From a virus, in UHGV virus genome UHGV-0248979: DNA of 64,000 nucleotides; one strand, given 5' to 3'. Positions 47,400 through 56,777 of the stretch are shown piece after piece. How positions within the stretch are numbered: position 1 is the first letter of the stretch; each line of letters opens with the position of its first letter. The notes under the pieces were generated by a model that had not been told where the DNA came from, did no database searches, and saw only the letters and a program-made list of their open reading frames with translations. The translations under genes were made by a program, and so were the position numbers.

Positions 47400-49520
47400 T
47401 TAAATAACTACCCAGCTTTTACCATCGGAACCAATCTGCATTAGCGTAATACTTTCACTGGTATCAATGGGTTTGGCAAGACCTTCTGTCCCACTCTTTG
47501 GAGTGATGAGAACGTTTGAATTTTCCGGTTTAACGGTGATCTTACCAGCCTTATTTGCCACGATCTGAATATTTCTGCCCACGCTATATTCTAGATCAGG
47601 AATAGTAAGTTGGCCGCCACGGTTGGTGGGTGGGAAATACACATAAGACGACACATCTTCCTCAGATAACACTATGCTACCAGAATCACGATTGACCGAG
47701 ATCTCAAACTTAGAAATATCGATATCATAGGCAGTAACTTTCGTAATATCCGTCAGAACCAATTCGTTCAAATCGGTCTTAGCTGGACTGTTCGCCAGAT
47801 CAAATGGAGTACCATTCGTACCGTCCAGCACAGGTGTGACTGTGGTTTTATTGGCACCAGGATAAATGATTTCAAGCGTATGCCAGTTATTATCGTACGC
47901 ACCAAAAGTTCCTAATTTCGCATTTTGCTTTTTATGATGCATCAGATTAAGATTCGTAGCGTCGGTCTGTAAGAAAAAAGACATTAGGTACGGGTTCGTC
48001 TCAGCCACACCAGCGTCAGCAAATGTAGTACCAGAAGGTAGGTCGGACGCGGAAATACGCCAATAAAGTCCTAATCCGAAACGATCTGCTGCTAAATCAC
48101 CTTTTAGTCTAAAAGTAACGGTCAGACGTCCACCGTAACGTATCATGTCCGCAGCAGATGTCATTGACTTAGTTACATTCCAAGGTTTCATCTTTACAGC
48201 CTTTCTTAATTCGACGAAATGCCCGTTTCCATCCTCAGAATCTTGCACGGTTACGTTACAATCAACGATATTGTTCCAACCTTGCCCTTTCAGGGAACCA
48301 TCCCCACGACGTCCGTTATAACCCACAGACTCTACTAATGGGGTATAGCTTCTTACCACATTCTTATTGTCTTTGGAGCTCTTAGTGTCGTTCTTCGTCA
48401 GGAACATTGCACCAATCGCTGTTCTTGATAATATCTCGGCAGCTATTCTCTCTGAGATAATACCGCGTCGTGCCCAAGAACTGAAATGGCTATTCCTTGT
48501 TTCAGACGTCCAGTTTTTAACAGTACGGGAGGCAGCACCGTAATAGGCCGCACCAGTGATATCAGGATCGTCAGTGGGATCATTAGTCGGTACACGTTGG
48601 CCATTATCGTCGTACATGAATGGAACAAAAAAGATATTTTTTTGTTCATTGTTACGATAATTACCGTATACGGTTTCATATTGGGCAGGATATTTTTCCT
48701 TCCAATAATAGGTAGTGTCCCCGCAGATCCATGGTACTTCGGCGGTGTCGTACTCGGGCATCTGAGAGAGATGGTCAGAGAGATCAGTTCGGAAACGCTC
48801 TACCATTGCGTTAAATAACGCTGGTTGTTGTGCGTATTGTACTTTAGTCAGATCATACTCTCCCTGCATCCACACTACAGCCAAGAGTTTATTTTTAGGA
48901 TTAACTTCTAGAGCTTTTTTGGTCCGGCTAACTAAATCTTTATAAAGCGGTTTCTCCACCCCCCATAGCATTGACGACTCAGTGGCTCCTGTGGCTTCAT
49001 CGAAGGTACCTTCTGCACCACCCGTGAAAGCAGAACCGCCGCGTGCGCAGGGTACTAGTAAGATACCGGCGTTCTTAGGAATATACGGGAGAAGACGCTT
49101 CGCGATATGTAGACCTTGACCCACACATCCGTATTCACCTTTGCTCAAATTGGCATTGGGATGCGAGTATTTGGACATATCTTGCACGTCGTGCAGACAG
49201 TGATCCGCTGGAATGACGTCGTTATATTTACAATCAGCCCCATTAGGCGTTACCTTCGCACGGCGCGCCATCTGTTTAATTCGCGGATCGGGAGCGTCCA
49301 ACGTCGCCGGTAGAGGCAACCCTTCACCATAACTCATCGCATTAGATTGCCCGGCTATAGGAATCACGAAGTAATACTCCGGCTCCGTCGTGCCCTGAAG
49401 TTTTGCAATATCAATTTTATATTCTTTTTCTTCCTTAGAAAGAAGAACTAACGCACCTTTGAGATCGCCAGAGAAATTGTCGAGTTCATGGATACGTTTC
49501 TTTCCAATTGGCTGACTCAT
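47400..49520 (-). CDS. tail spike/fiber protein with SASA/SGNH-type carbohydrate esterase-like domain
   Basis: N-terminal 40 aa paralogous to the 1479-aa fiber N-terminus; IAGQSNAMSYGEG motif typical of sialate O-acetylesterase-like esterases; GGAGAG RBS. Confidence 0.6.
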   Translation of the reverse strand: MSQPIGKKRIHELDNFSGDLKGALVLLSKEEKEYKIDIAKLQGTTEPEYYFVIPIAGQSNAMSYGEGLPLPATLDAPDPRIKQMARRAKVTPNGADCKYNDVIPADHCLHDVQDMSKYSHPNANLSKGEYGCVGQGLHIAKRLLPYIPKNAGILLVPCARGGSAFTGGAEGTFDEATGATESSMLWGVEKPLYKDLVSRTKKALEVNPKNKLLAVVWMQGEYDLTKVQYAQQPALFNAMVERFRTDLSDHLSQMPEYDTAEVPWICGDTTYYWKEKYPAQYETVYGNYRNNEQKNIFFVPFMYDDNGQRVPTNDPTDDPDITGAAYYGAASRTVKNWTSETRNSHFSSWARRGIISERIAAEILSRTAIGAMFLTKNDTKSSKDNKNVVRSYTPLVESVGYNGRRGDGSLKGQGWNNIVDCNVTVQDSEDGNGHFVELRKAVKMKPWNVTKSMTSAADMIRYGGRLTVTFRLKGDLAADRFGLGLYWRISASDLPSGTTFADAGVAETNPYLMSFFLQTDATNLNLMHHKKQNAKLGTFGAYDNNWHTLEIIYPGANKTTVTPVLDGTNGTPFDLANSPAKTDLNELVLTDITKVTAYDIDISKFEISVNRDSGSIVLSEEDVSSYVYFPPTNRGGQLTIPDLEYSVGRNIQIVANKAGKITVKPENSNVLITPKSGTEGLAKPIDTSESITLMQIGSDGKSWVVI

Positions 49521-49523
49521 CTA

Positions 49524-50036
49524 CTACTCTCCAAAAGTTAAGATTTTATTGTCAAACGTCAACACGACAGAATCATCACCGATGCCACACGGTGTTTCAT
49601 CTGGGCCGAAAACCACCACGGAGAACTGTCCTTTATAAGCGATGGAATTCGGAGCGATGCTAAGCGTTACCGCGTCTTTACCTACCGTGAACGACTGGTC
49701 GGTTAAATCGTCGGTTTGTAAGTTAGCACCACAAACGGCATTGACGGATTCGATAAGATCGTGTGCATTAAACCCTTCACCTCTTACTTTTACCAGAATA
49801 GGTTGTTGGTTTAACCACCGCTCTGCGGTTAAACGGTTGTAGTAGATTTGCAACGTTCTGTTTCCAGGACGTTTAATCTTTACAATGGCAGTGGAGTCAC
49901 GATCCATTTCATCACTGGTTTTTACGTCACTGACTTCAACCTCGTTCTCTTGCAAGTCAAGTTGGAGGTCATGGTTAACCAGTGAAATAACCATGTTAAG
50001 TGAAGTTAGTGATAAATCTGGTGTGAATTTTTCCAC
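49524..50036 (-). CDS. fiber-associated small protein, family B (GTG start)
   Basis: AGGAGG RBS then GTG; paralog of 56128..56688; immediately upstream of tail spike gene. Confidence 0.5.
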   Translation of the reverse strand: MEKFTPDLSLTSLNMVISLVNHDLQLDLQENEVEVSDVKTSDEMDRDSTAIVKIKRPGNRTLQIYYNRLTAERWLNQQPILVKVRGEGFNAHDLIESVNAVCGANLQTDDLTDQSFTVGKDAVTLSIAPNSIAYKGQFSVVVFGPDETPCGIGDDSVVLTFDNKILTFGE

Positions 50037-50090
50037 GTATGTTTACCTCCTACGGTTGGGGGTCATAAAATATTGACTAAAAAACATTCA

Positions 50091-50100
50091 CCCCCCCCCC
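50091..50100. repeat. C10 homopolymer tract (intergenic)
   Basis: Direct read. Confidence 0.9.
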
Positions 50101-50134
50101 ACGATTATTTTCAACCGCTTTCAGTTGAAAATAA

Positions 50135-50642
50135 TTAGCTAATTCTCAAATCACGCAGTGCGCCTGTCGATTTCATCACGTTTTGGAACGCAGCGCTGAT
50201 GTTATTAGTCCAGTAATAATGCTGTCCGTTAATAACCTGCTGATAGGCCAGCGCGCAGGTGTTACCACCTAAATTTACGGTAATGTTAGAGGCTCTGCCT
50301 CCTTGTAAGTAAACCGCTAAAGTAGGCTTTGCGTTGGCAACTATCGTCGTTAACTGTAACTCAATACCTACTAAAGTTCCCACCCCGCAGTTACCCGCGT
50401 TTTGAATGGTTCCCTGATTTTTCTGGTTTAACGGCCAGCTTGGTCCTACTGCGCCCCATTTCTTACCTAAAGAATCGCTATATGCAGCGGTTGCAATTTT
50501 ACAGCCCATAGATCGTCCCACCATTTGACTCATCATAAAAGGTCTACCCAATCCTAATTTACTACCAGCAGCGCTCATCCATTGTTCGCCCGTTTCGTTC
50601 TTGGCCGAAGAACCGACCCACGAACCGGTTACCCCCCCCCAT
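50135..50642 (-). CDS. family C small protein, N-terminus interrupted by G9 tract
   Basis: ORF track gives 50135..50578; upstream frame encodes GVTGSWVGSSAKNETGEQW matching paralog 50896..51441 N-terminus, but ATG at 50642 is out of frame across C9 tract 50632..50640. Confidence 0.45.
50632..50640. repeat. C9 homopolymer tract (G9 in gene sense) immediately after a start codon
   Basis: Direct read; paralog has G5 at the equivalent position. Confidence 0.9.
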
Positions 50643-50654
50643 CGCGATCTCCTG

Positions 50655-50885
50655 TTAAGATTTTCTACATGTTATTGAATCGAAAGCACCACGCCCAACC
50701 CAACGCCAATTATAATGATGATCAGCTTTATAAAGTGTGTATCTGCCCTGCTTTTTTACGTCGAAAATATTGATCGTAGTCTCTTCATTACCCAGCTTAG
50801 CTGTGCCGTAACATACAGGTTCGGGTAGTTGTTGACATCCACTTACTGTAAGCAATGCGAAACCCAGTAAAACTTTTCTTAACAT
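50655..50885 (-). CDS. small lipoprotein (76 aa)
   Basis: MLRKVLLGFALLTVSGC signal with lipobox-like VSGC; AAGGA RBS; embedded in receptor-binding module. Confidence 0.55.
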   Translation of the reverse strand: MLRKVLLGFALLTVSGCQQLPEPVCYGTAKLGNEETTINIFDVKKQGRYTLYKADHHYNWRWVGRGAFDSITCRKS

Positions 50886-50895
50886 CTTTCTGTCC

Positions 50896-51441
50896 TTAGA
50901 CTACACTTATTGAAATTGTTGCACCGTTCTGATTAAATAACCAGTTGGTTGCCGTCTTAGCCTCATAGCGCCGGACGCCGTTACTGTAGGAGTACGGTAG
51001 AAAAGTAATCTTCGTTCCGTTAAACGAAAGCGTAATATTCTGATTTGGTCCATTGGTTAGGGCCATGTAGATAATACCAGTATTTTGTACTTGGCTAAGA
51101 TGTGTGACGCTACAACCCAAGATCGAACCTGACACCGAACCGGCCGCATTTTGTGTTTGCACACGATTCGATACTGTAGAACCAGCACCCGTTGTTGTAG
51201 AGTTGTTCGAATACCCCCCATACGTATTTGTAATAGGAACCCACTGCGTGTTCGTAGCCTGCACCAAAACAACATAGGTTGATCGGCCTACAACGAGTTT
51301 AAGATCCTCTACGCTACGCCCGACCATCTGCGACATGTTAAATGGCGTGCTCAGTTTAAGCTTATTACCTGCCACACTCATCCACTCCTGACCGGTTACT
51401 GCCTTTGCTGAGCTTCCAACCCAGCCGGATGCTACCCCCAT
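50896..51441 (-). CDS. family C small protein (181 aa)
   Basis: GGAGGA RBS; paralog of 50135 gene. Confidence 0.55.
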   Translation of the reverse strand: MGVASGWVGSSAKAVTGQEWMSVAGNKLKLSTPFNMSQMVGRSVEDLKLVVGRSTYVVLVQATNTQWVPITNTYGGYSNNSTTTGAGSTVSNRVQTQNAAGSVSGSILGCSVTHLSQVQNTGIIYMALTNGPNQNITLSFNGTKITFLPYSYSNGVRRYEAKTATNWLFNQNGATISISVV

Positions 51442-51450
51442 AAATCCTCC

Positions 51451-51478
51451 AAACTAAAATAGGGGGATTACTCCCCCT
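51451..51478 (-). terminator. rho-independent terminator
   Basis: AGGGGGA-TTAC-TCCCCCT hairpin plus ATTTTAGTTT on minus strand right after fiber gene stop. Confidence 0.5.
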
Positions 51479-51482
51479 ATCT

Positions 51483-54400
51483 TTAATTCCCCTTGAGTTC
51501 TTTAAGCTCTTGGCGAAGAGTTTTCATGCCTTCTACTAACAACGCAATAACACCATTGTAATTTAGACGTAAACGTTTTTCGCCTGAAATGGCATCGTCG
51601 TCCTCGGACACAAGTTCAGGTAACGCTTCTAATGCGTCCTGAGCAATTAGACCTACAGAAGTCTGCCAACCGTCATCAGGATGCTGAATTTCGTACAAAT
51701 AACCGGTTAGTAACTCTAACCGATCCAAAGCTTTATCCAGCTTCACCAGATTACGTTTGTTACGACGGTCAGAACGAATCTGTACGTCGTTAAACGAACC
51801 GTTACCGTTGCCAGTAACGTTATGTCCAAAGTTTACTTGGCCGTTAGAATTATTAAAAGACAACGGGCGTAATCCGTTCCAGGAACCCGCTGCGGCTTGT
51901 CCGGCGTCGGTTACTAAGAAATAGGTATTGGCACCGTCGTTACGTAAAATAAAACCGTAGGTACCGTAAGCGATTCGAAAATCAGGGTATTTAGTGGCCA
52001 ATTTACCATTAACGGTTAAATCACCGCCTACAGTACCGCCCCCTGACGGTAACGCGCCCACTTCCGCAGCAGTTGGCTTGTTTCTCGTATTGTAAGCACG
52101 ACGCCAGCCTGGTGAGTATCCATCGCCGTTAAATACGTAGATAAACTCCGCATTAGTGAGTGCTCCGCCGACGCTCGTCGTTGTGGCGGTCGTTATACGG
52201 ATCGTGTAGTTGTTTGTGCTGTTGCCGTTACTAATGACTTCTATAACGGCCCCAGCTAACGGAATGACACCACAACCCGTCTCGCTGTGAGGTATGGACG
52301 CACTGGCGGCATAAGCCCACGCACAGCGAGCAACCCACGATCTTGTGGTAAATGCGCCGTTATTTTTCAATAACGTCACTAGCTGTGCTGTAGTTATTGC
52401 ACCGCCATTAGCGCCAGTTTCTAACCAACCACTAGGTGATGCCGGACAACCTATTTCGGCTGGCCCTAACGCTATATTTCTAGTGCCATCAAACGCAATA
52501 CCATTGATGGTTCTTGCGGTTTGCAACTTTGTTGCCGTGGCTGCGTTTCCGGTGGTCGACTGATTCCCTGTTTGGTTTACTCCAGGTAAACTGATGTCTT
52601 TAGTACCATCAAAAGCTACGCCACCTATATTTCGAGCAGTCTGTAGCTTAGTCGCTGTCGCCGCATTCCCCGTAGTCGATTGGTTACCGGTTTGGTTTAC
52701 ACCAGGAAGATTAACGTCTTTTGTCCCATCGAACACCACACCGCCGATCTTACGTGCGGTTTGTAACTTAGTAGCGGTCGCTGCATTACCTGTCGTATTC
52801 TGGTTGCCTTGCTGGTTAACGCCCGGTAAATTGATATCACCTGTACCGTCAAAGCTAACGCCTCCGATCCTGCGAGCGGTTTTCAGTTTCGTCGCGGTAG
52901 CGGCGTTGCCGGTAGTATCCTGATTACCTGTGGCATTTACACCAGGAATGCTATCACGGGCAGTATAAACTTGTGCCCAATCTGACCACGGCGCATCAGC
53001 AGTATCACGTCGACTACGAATATAAACGGGTGCGTGCGCACCGCTCGTCCCCGACCATCCGATTAACAGTTCCCCTTCGCCTAGCGCAGCAGAACCGCCC
53101 AAATGCAGTAAGTTACCATAAGCGGTTGGATAACCGTTATTGTAAACTTCGTACATCTGAATACCGGGTGTACCTTTGTTTGATCCAGTCAGTGCAGTAA
53201 CACGTCCACGTCCTACCAACGTGTTGATATTGATGTCTCTAGACCCATCAAATTTCACACCGTTGATGTTTCGAGCCGTTTGTAATTTGGTTGCGGTTCC
53301 CGCGTTCCCAGAGGTGTTTTGATTACCCTGTTGGTTTACACCAGGGAGGCTAATGTCTCCGCTACCGTCGAAACTTACACCGCCGATTAAACGGGCTGTT
53401 TTCAGTTTCGTTGCCGTAGCAGCATTGCCTGTTAACTCACCTGATAACCCTTTTGCAAAGGTCTGTTTTTCTGCCCACGTATGCGCTGCATTCAATACGG
53501 GCATCTGGCGGCTAGTAATAGTACGTTTACCCTTTTCACCAGCGACGCGAACAGCAAAGAAGCGATAGTTAGCAGTAGACACTGTACCACGCCAGACCAA
53601 CATACTCCGGCCAGTACCGGTGTCCTCCGACGCCCCTACAAGAATAGTAACCAAGTTACCGTCGATAACACCCCAATCCATTCCCGCAGGAATGTTTTTC
53701 ATGGTATTCAATGGTGTACTTATCATCTGGCCAGGAACGAAGTCGAAGGTTTGCCAGTCTAACGGATCTACCTTAGCAGCAACCCCACCGATCCCTAAAG
53801 CCAACGGGAGTGAATAGGATGTGAAAATCTCTCGCCATTCGCTCCAGGCATTTCCTGTACGAATTCGTTGGAACTTGCGACCTTTCGAAGTTGCGCCTGT
53901 ACCGTATGTGGTATAATTTTGTTCAACACCTGAACCGTCTAAGCGTAAGGTAACTTCGCAAACGCCTAGCAAGGTTGCGCCAGCAGAGTCTGTTAACGGA
54001 CCGTCTGTAGCCTCGCCGGTAACACTAAAGCGACCCGGTTTAGTTAAGTCGTTAAAGCTACCCTTATAGTAGGCACCGTCTACCTGATACCCAACCTGAA
54101 TCCAATCTTCCCACTGCGGATTAGACGAATCCCAAGTCGCAGTCAAACCACGGACATACATCGTACCACGACGAGTGGTGTAACGTTGTAAACGTCCATA
54201 AAGACCGCCTTCCATGACTTCTAATACGCCTTGCGCATTACCGCCCTCTTCAGGATAATGTCTGTCGAACACCGCTAACGAACTGGACGAGTTACGCCAG
54301 TTACCCATGTGCTCAGCGCCGCCTAAGGAGTTCAGATCGATCGATGTAGATAACGGGCGTACACCTGTAGTTACCATTCTCCACGGTGACCACGGGCCAT

Positions 54401-55922
54401 TAGTTCCGTTCCACGCGGCTGACAACATGCGGTTGTACACGTTACCATTACGGCAGGTAAAACGTTGCGCTCCACTGTAGTTGCCCGCTTTATACACTTC
54501 TAGATAACCTACCGCACCGTCTTCCGGGAAGTGTTTTGCTATTGATGCGTTTGTTGATGTCGACTTGGACCATGTTCCTGTGTAATTGGCATCTGGAGCA
54601 AATGTGTTAATATCAGCATCTGCGGGCATTTCACCACGGAAACGCAGATAGGTATCAGGAGATAGACCAATATTGCGAGCAAAGGTTTCTTTATTGGGGA
54701 TATCAGCACCGTTAGAGTTTTTCTGTAACGCAGAGTTCGCTTTATCTACAGTGGCTTTTAATCCCAAGAAATTGATGATATCCGCAGTTGTCCCTTTTGC
54801 TAACAAGGTTCTGGCGGTTTCTGTAAAGTCAGTTAACCCGACTTTATTAGTGCCAGTGAAATAAGGGAGCTTGTTTGCTGCGGTTGTGACTGCGGCAATA
54901 GCAGTAAGTAGTGGACTGATAGGTTGCTTCTGTGCAAGTTTCTCAGTAATCGTTGTTGCGAAGTTAGGGTCATTACCTAACGCCGTAGCTAATTCCGCTA
55001 AGGTATCTAACGTCTCAGGTGAAGAACCAACCAATTCCGCGATAGCAGCACGCACCCAGGCCGTTGTGGAGATGCTCGTGTCGTTCGAGTCCTTTGGGGG
55101 CGTTGGTGATGTCGGGTTACCCGTAAAATTCGGCGAATGTTTATCGGCTTTTAACTGTAATTCGTCGTTCAGCTGTTTAACCGTGGACGGTGTGGCAGCC
55201 TCCGTCACGGATTCGCTAGTCAGGGTATTGTTAAGTTTAACGATACCTTTACCGGTCGTACTAGCGTCAACTAAACCCTGTGCAGCGATTTTCTCCGCAC
55301 GCAGAGCGGCTGACTCCGAGCGTGTAGCTGCGCCTTCTGAGCTTTCTTTATCTTTCGTAACCTGCGCAGCAACCTTCTCCACCGCGCCCTTACTGGCCTC
55401 AATTGAAGCCGCAGTATTTGCGATACTGGTAGCGGTCTGTTGAACCTGTCCGGCCCGTTGCGTAACCGTTTCTGCTTTCTTAGTTACATCAGCCGCTACA
55501 GCTGTCACAGATTGTTCGCTTGCGGCGACAGCTTGAGCCTTCTCATTTACTGATTGTGAAACAGTATCTACGGCAGTTTTTGCTGCTAAAACTTCAGCGT
55601 GTTTTTTGTTAACCTCCGCAGTTTTAGTGGCGACGGTTCCCGCTTGCTCATTAACTGTGGAAGCTAAAGTGGTGGTCTGTTGCTTCGCTGTTTCTGCTAA
55701 ATCTTTAGCTTTCGTAGCTTCTGTTGCGGACTGTTGTGATTTGGCCGCAGCCGTTTGTGCATCAGCAACCGCACTTCTGACGGTGTCAATGTCCGCAACG
55801 ATCTCGCGGACTGGTAACTTATAATCTTTTTCGTCTTTCGAAAAAAGTAAAACGCCTTCACCGATATCCCCGGTGTACGGATGTAAGTCGTGTAAACGTA
55901 TTTTCTTTACCGCTTTAGCCAT
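51483..55922 (-). CDS. side tail fiber protein with C-terminal intramolecular chaperone (peptidase S74-like) domain
   Basis: Ala/Thr-rich coiled-coil N-terminal region, six 40-aa repeats GNAATATKLQTAR.IGGV.FDG, C-terminus SDRRNKRN...VGLIAQDALEALPELVSED matching the endosialidase/T5-type chaperone domain. Confidence 0.75.
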   Translation of the reverse strand: MAKAVKKIRLHDLHPYTGDIGEGVLLFSKDEKDYKLPVREIVADIDTVRSAVADAQTAAAKSQQSATEATKAKDLAETAKQQTTTLASTVNEQAGTVATKTAEVNKKHAEVLAAKTAVDTVSQSVNEKAQAVAASEQSVTAVAADVTKKAETVTQRAGQVQQTATSIANTAASIEASKGAVEKVAAQVTKDKESSEGAATRSESAALRAEKIAAQGLVDASTTGKGIVKLNNTLTSESVTEAATPSTVKQLNDELQLKADKHSPNFTGNPTSPTPPKDSNDTSISTTAWVRAAIAELVGSSPETLDTLAELATALGNDPNFATTITEKLAQKQPISPLLTAIAAVTTAANKLPYFTGTNKVGLTDFTETARTLLAKGTTADIINFLGLKATVDKANSALQKNSNGADIPNKETFARNIGLSPDTYLRFRGEMPADADINTFAPDANYTGTWSKSTSTNASIAKHFPEDGAVGYLEVYKAGNYSGAQRFTCRNGNVYNRMLSAAWNGTNGPWSPWRMVTTGVRPLSTSIDLNSLGGAEHMGNWRNSSSSLAVFDRHYPEEGGNAQGVLEVMEGGLYGRLQRYTTRRGTMYVRGLTATWDSSNPQWEDWIQVGYQVDGAYYKGSFNDLTKPGRFSVTGEATDGPLTDSAGATLLGVCEVTLRLDGSGVEQNYTTYGTGATSKGRKFQRIRTGNAWSEWREIFTSYSLPLALGIGGVAAKVDPLDWQTFDFVPGQMISTPLNTMKNIPAGMDWGVIDGNLVTILVGASEDTGTGRSMLVWRGTVSTANYRFFAVRVAGEKGKRTITSRQMPVLNAAHTWAEKQTFAKGLSGELTGNAATATKLKTARLIGGVSFDGSGDISLPGVNQQGNQNTSGNAGTATKLQTARNINGVKFDGSRDININTLVGRGRVTALTGSNKGTPGIQMYEVYNNGYPTAYGNLLHLGGSAALGEGELLIGWSGTSGAHAPVYIRSRRDTADAPWSDWAQVYTARDSIPGVNATGNQDTTGNAATATKLKTARRIGGVSFDGTGDINLPGVNQQGNQNTTGNAATATKLQTARKIGGVVFDGTKDVNLPGVNQTGNQSTTGNAATATKLQTARNIGGVAFDGTKDISLPGVNQTGNQSTTGNAATATKLQTARTINGIAFDGTRNIALGPAEIGCPASPSGWLETGANGGAITTAQLVTLLKNNGAFTTRSWVARCAWAYAASASIPHSETGCGVIPLAGAVIEVISNGNSTNNYTIRITTATTTSVGGALTNAEFIYVFNGDGYSPGWRRAYNTRNKPTAAEVGALPSGGGTVGGDLTVNGKLATKYPDFRIAYGTYGFILRNDGANTYFLVTDAGQAAAGSWNGLRPLSFNNSNGQVNFGHNVTGNGNGSFNDVQIRSDRRNKRNLVKLDKALDRLELLTGYLYEIQHPDDGWQTSVGLIAQDALEALPELVSEDDDAISGEKRLRLNYNGVIALLVEGMKTLRQELKELKGN
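52480..53450 (-). repeat. in-frame tandem repeats (about 120 nt unit, six copies in two blocks) inside the tail fiber gene
   Basis: Repeated peptide NQ.GNQ.T.GNAATATKLQTAR.I.GV.FDG..DI.LPGV; explains the spurious plus-strand ORFs here. Confidence 0.7.
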
Positions 55923-56127
55923 GATATTTAATTCTCTATCTGGAGCTAAAAGATCTGGGAAGGTAAAACACCTCCCCCAACATTTTTATAAGCGGATTAT
56001 TATACTGGTTTTAATCCATCATCTTCTAACGTGAAAGTGATGCCCAACTCCGCGTTCTCATGATCTGGGTTTACTAAGTCTTGATAAACGTTTGCTTTGG
56101 CCTCCATTACCAGAAAAACCGTCAAGT

Positions 56128-56688
56128 TCATGTAGCCGGGTTTTCTTCAGCGGAGTCTCCATCTGGAACCTCAAATGTAAGAACAGCATCGTCACCAATA
56201 CAGAAGATTGCATCTTCTTCGTTTGCTAATGCCCGTTCAGTTTTATCAAATAACGTCACCATAAACGCATTCACCCACGCTGGAGAATCGTCAGCAACGT
56301 TGACAGCAATAGGATCGTTACCTAAAGTGATATCTGAAGCATGTAAATCCTCGGGTTGTAAGTTCGTTCCGCAGAATTCATTTACAACACCTAAAATGTC
56401 ACGAAGGTTGTCTTCGGTACCATCTAACGAAATCAAAATAGGTTCGGACGCTAACACTTTGTCCGCATCCAAGCGGTCGTAATAAACAACTACAGAAGCA
56501 CCATCAGGTTTCCTGATTTTTGTAATCTCTGTCAGTGTGTTACGACGCGACGTAGTCGGGGACAGGTTTGCCATAGTGTTGCTAATACGAATTTCGCTTA
56601 GAGACAACCGTGAACCGTTATCGTGGTTGATTAAAGCGACCACCAATTCGGCTGAGGACAGACTTAAATCAGGTACGTATGTGGCCAC
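56128..56688 (-). CDS. fiber-associated small protein, family B (GTG start)
   Basis: GGGAGG RBS then GTG at 56688; ORF-track N-terminal extension is translation of the terminator T-tract; paralog of 49524 gene. Confidence 0.5.
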   Translation of the reverse strand: MATYVPDLSLSSAELVVALINHDNGSRLSLSEIRISNTMANLSPTTSRRNTLTEITKIRKPDGASVVVYYDRLDADKVLASEPILISLDGTEDNLRDILGVVNEFCGTNLQPEDLHASDITLGNDPIAVNVADDSPAWVNAFMVTLFDKTERALANEEDAIFCIGDDAVLTFEVPDGDSAEENPAT

Positions 56689-56703
56689 TATAGCCTCCCA
56701 GAT

Positions 56704-56750
56704 CAAAAAAAAAATAAAAAACATCTACCGCCCATAGAATCGGGCGGTAG
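56704..56750 (-). terminator. rho-independent terminator
   Basis: CTACCGCCC-ATAGAAT-CGGGCGGTAG hairpin plus T-tract on minus strand. Confidence 0.6.
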
Positions 56751-56777
56751 ACAGTCATTTTACAGCTAAATATCAAA

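Noticed and set aside
50108-50131. AT-rich hairpin TTTTCAAC...GTTGAAAA as a terminator
   Set aside because: Weak stem, no clean T-tract; noted only as context for the adjacent C10 tract.
52480-53450. Possible CRISPR-like repeat array
   Set aside because: The repeats are about 120 nt, in-frame and coding inside the fiber gene, with no short direct repeats separated by unique spacers.
52345-55824. Multiple plus-strand ORFs (e.g. 52594..52923, 53353..53568, 54871..55443, 55606..55824) inside the tail fiber gene
   Set aside because: They are antisense to a long, well-supported minus-strand gene and mirror its tandem repeats (repeated AVAA(F/L)PVV peptides); repeat-driven artefacts.
56081-56482. 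Plus-strand 133-aa ORF
   Set aside because: Antisense to the family B gene 56128..56688, which has a paralog supporting it.
56689-56724. N-terminal extension MFFIFFLIWEAI on ORF 56128..56724
   Set aside because: The Phe run is the terminator T-tract; the paralog alignment and a GGGAGG RBS support a GTG start at 56688.
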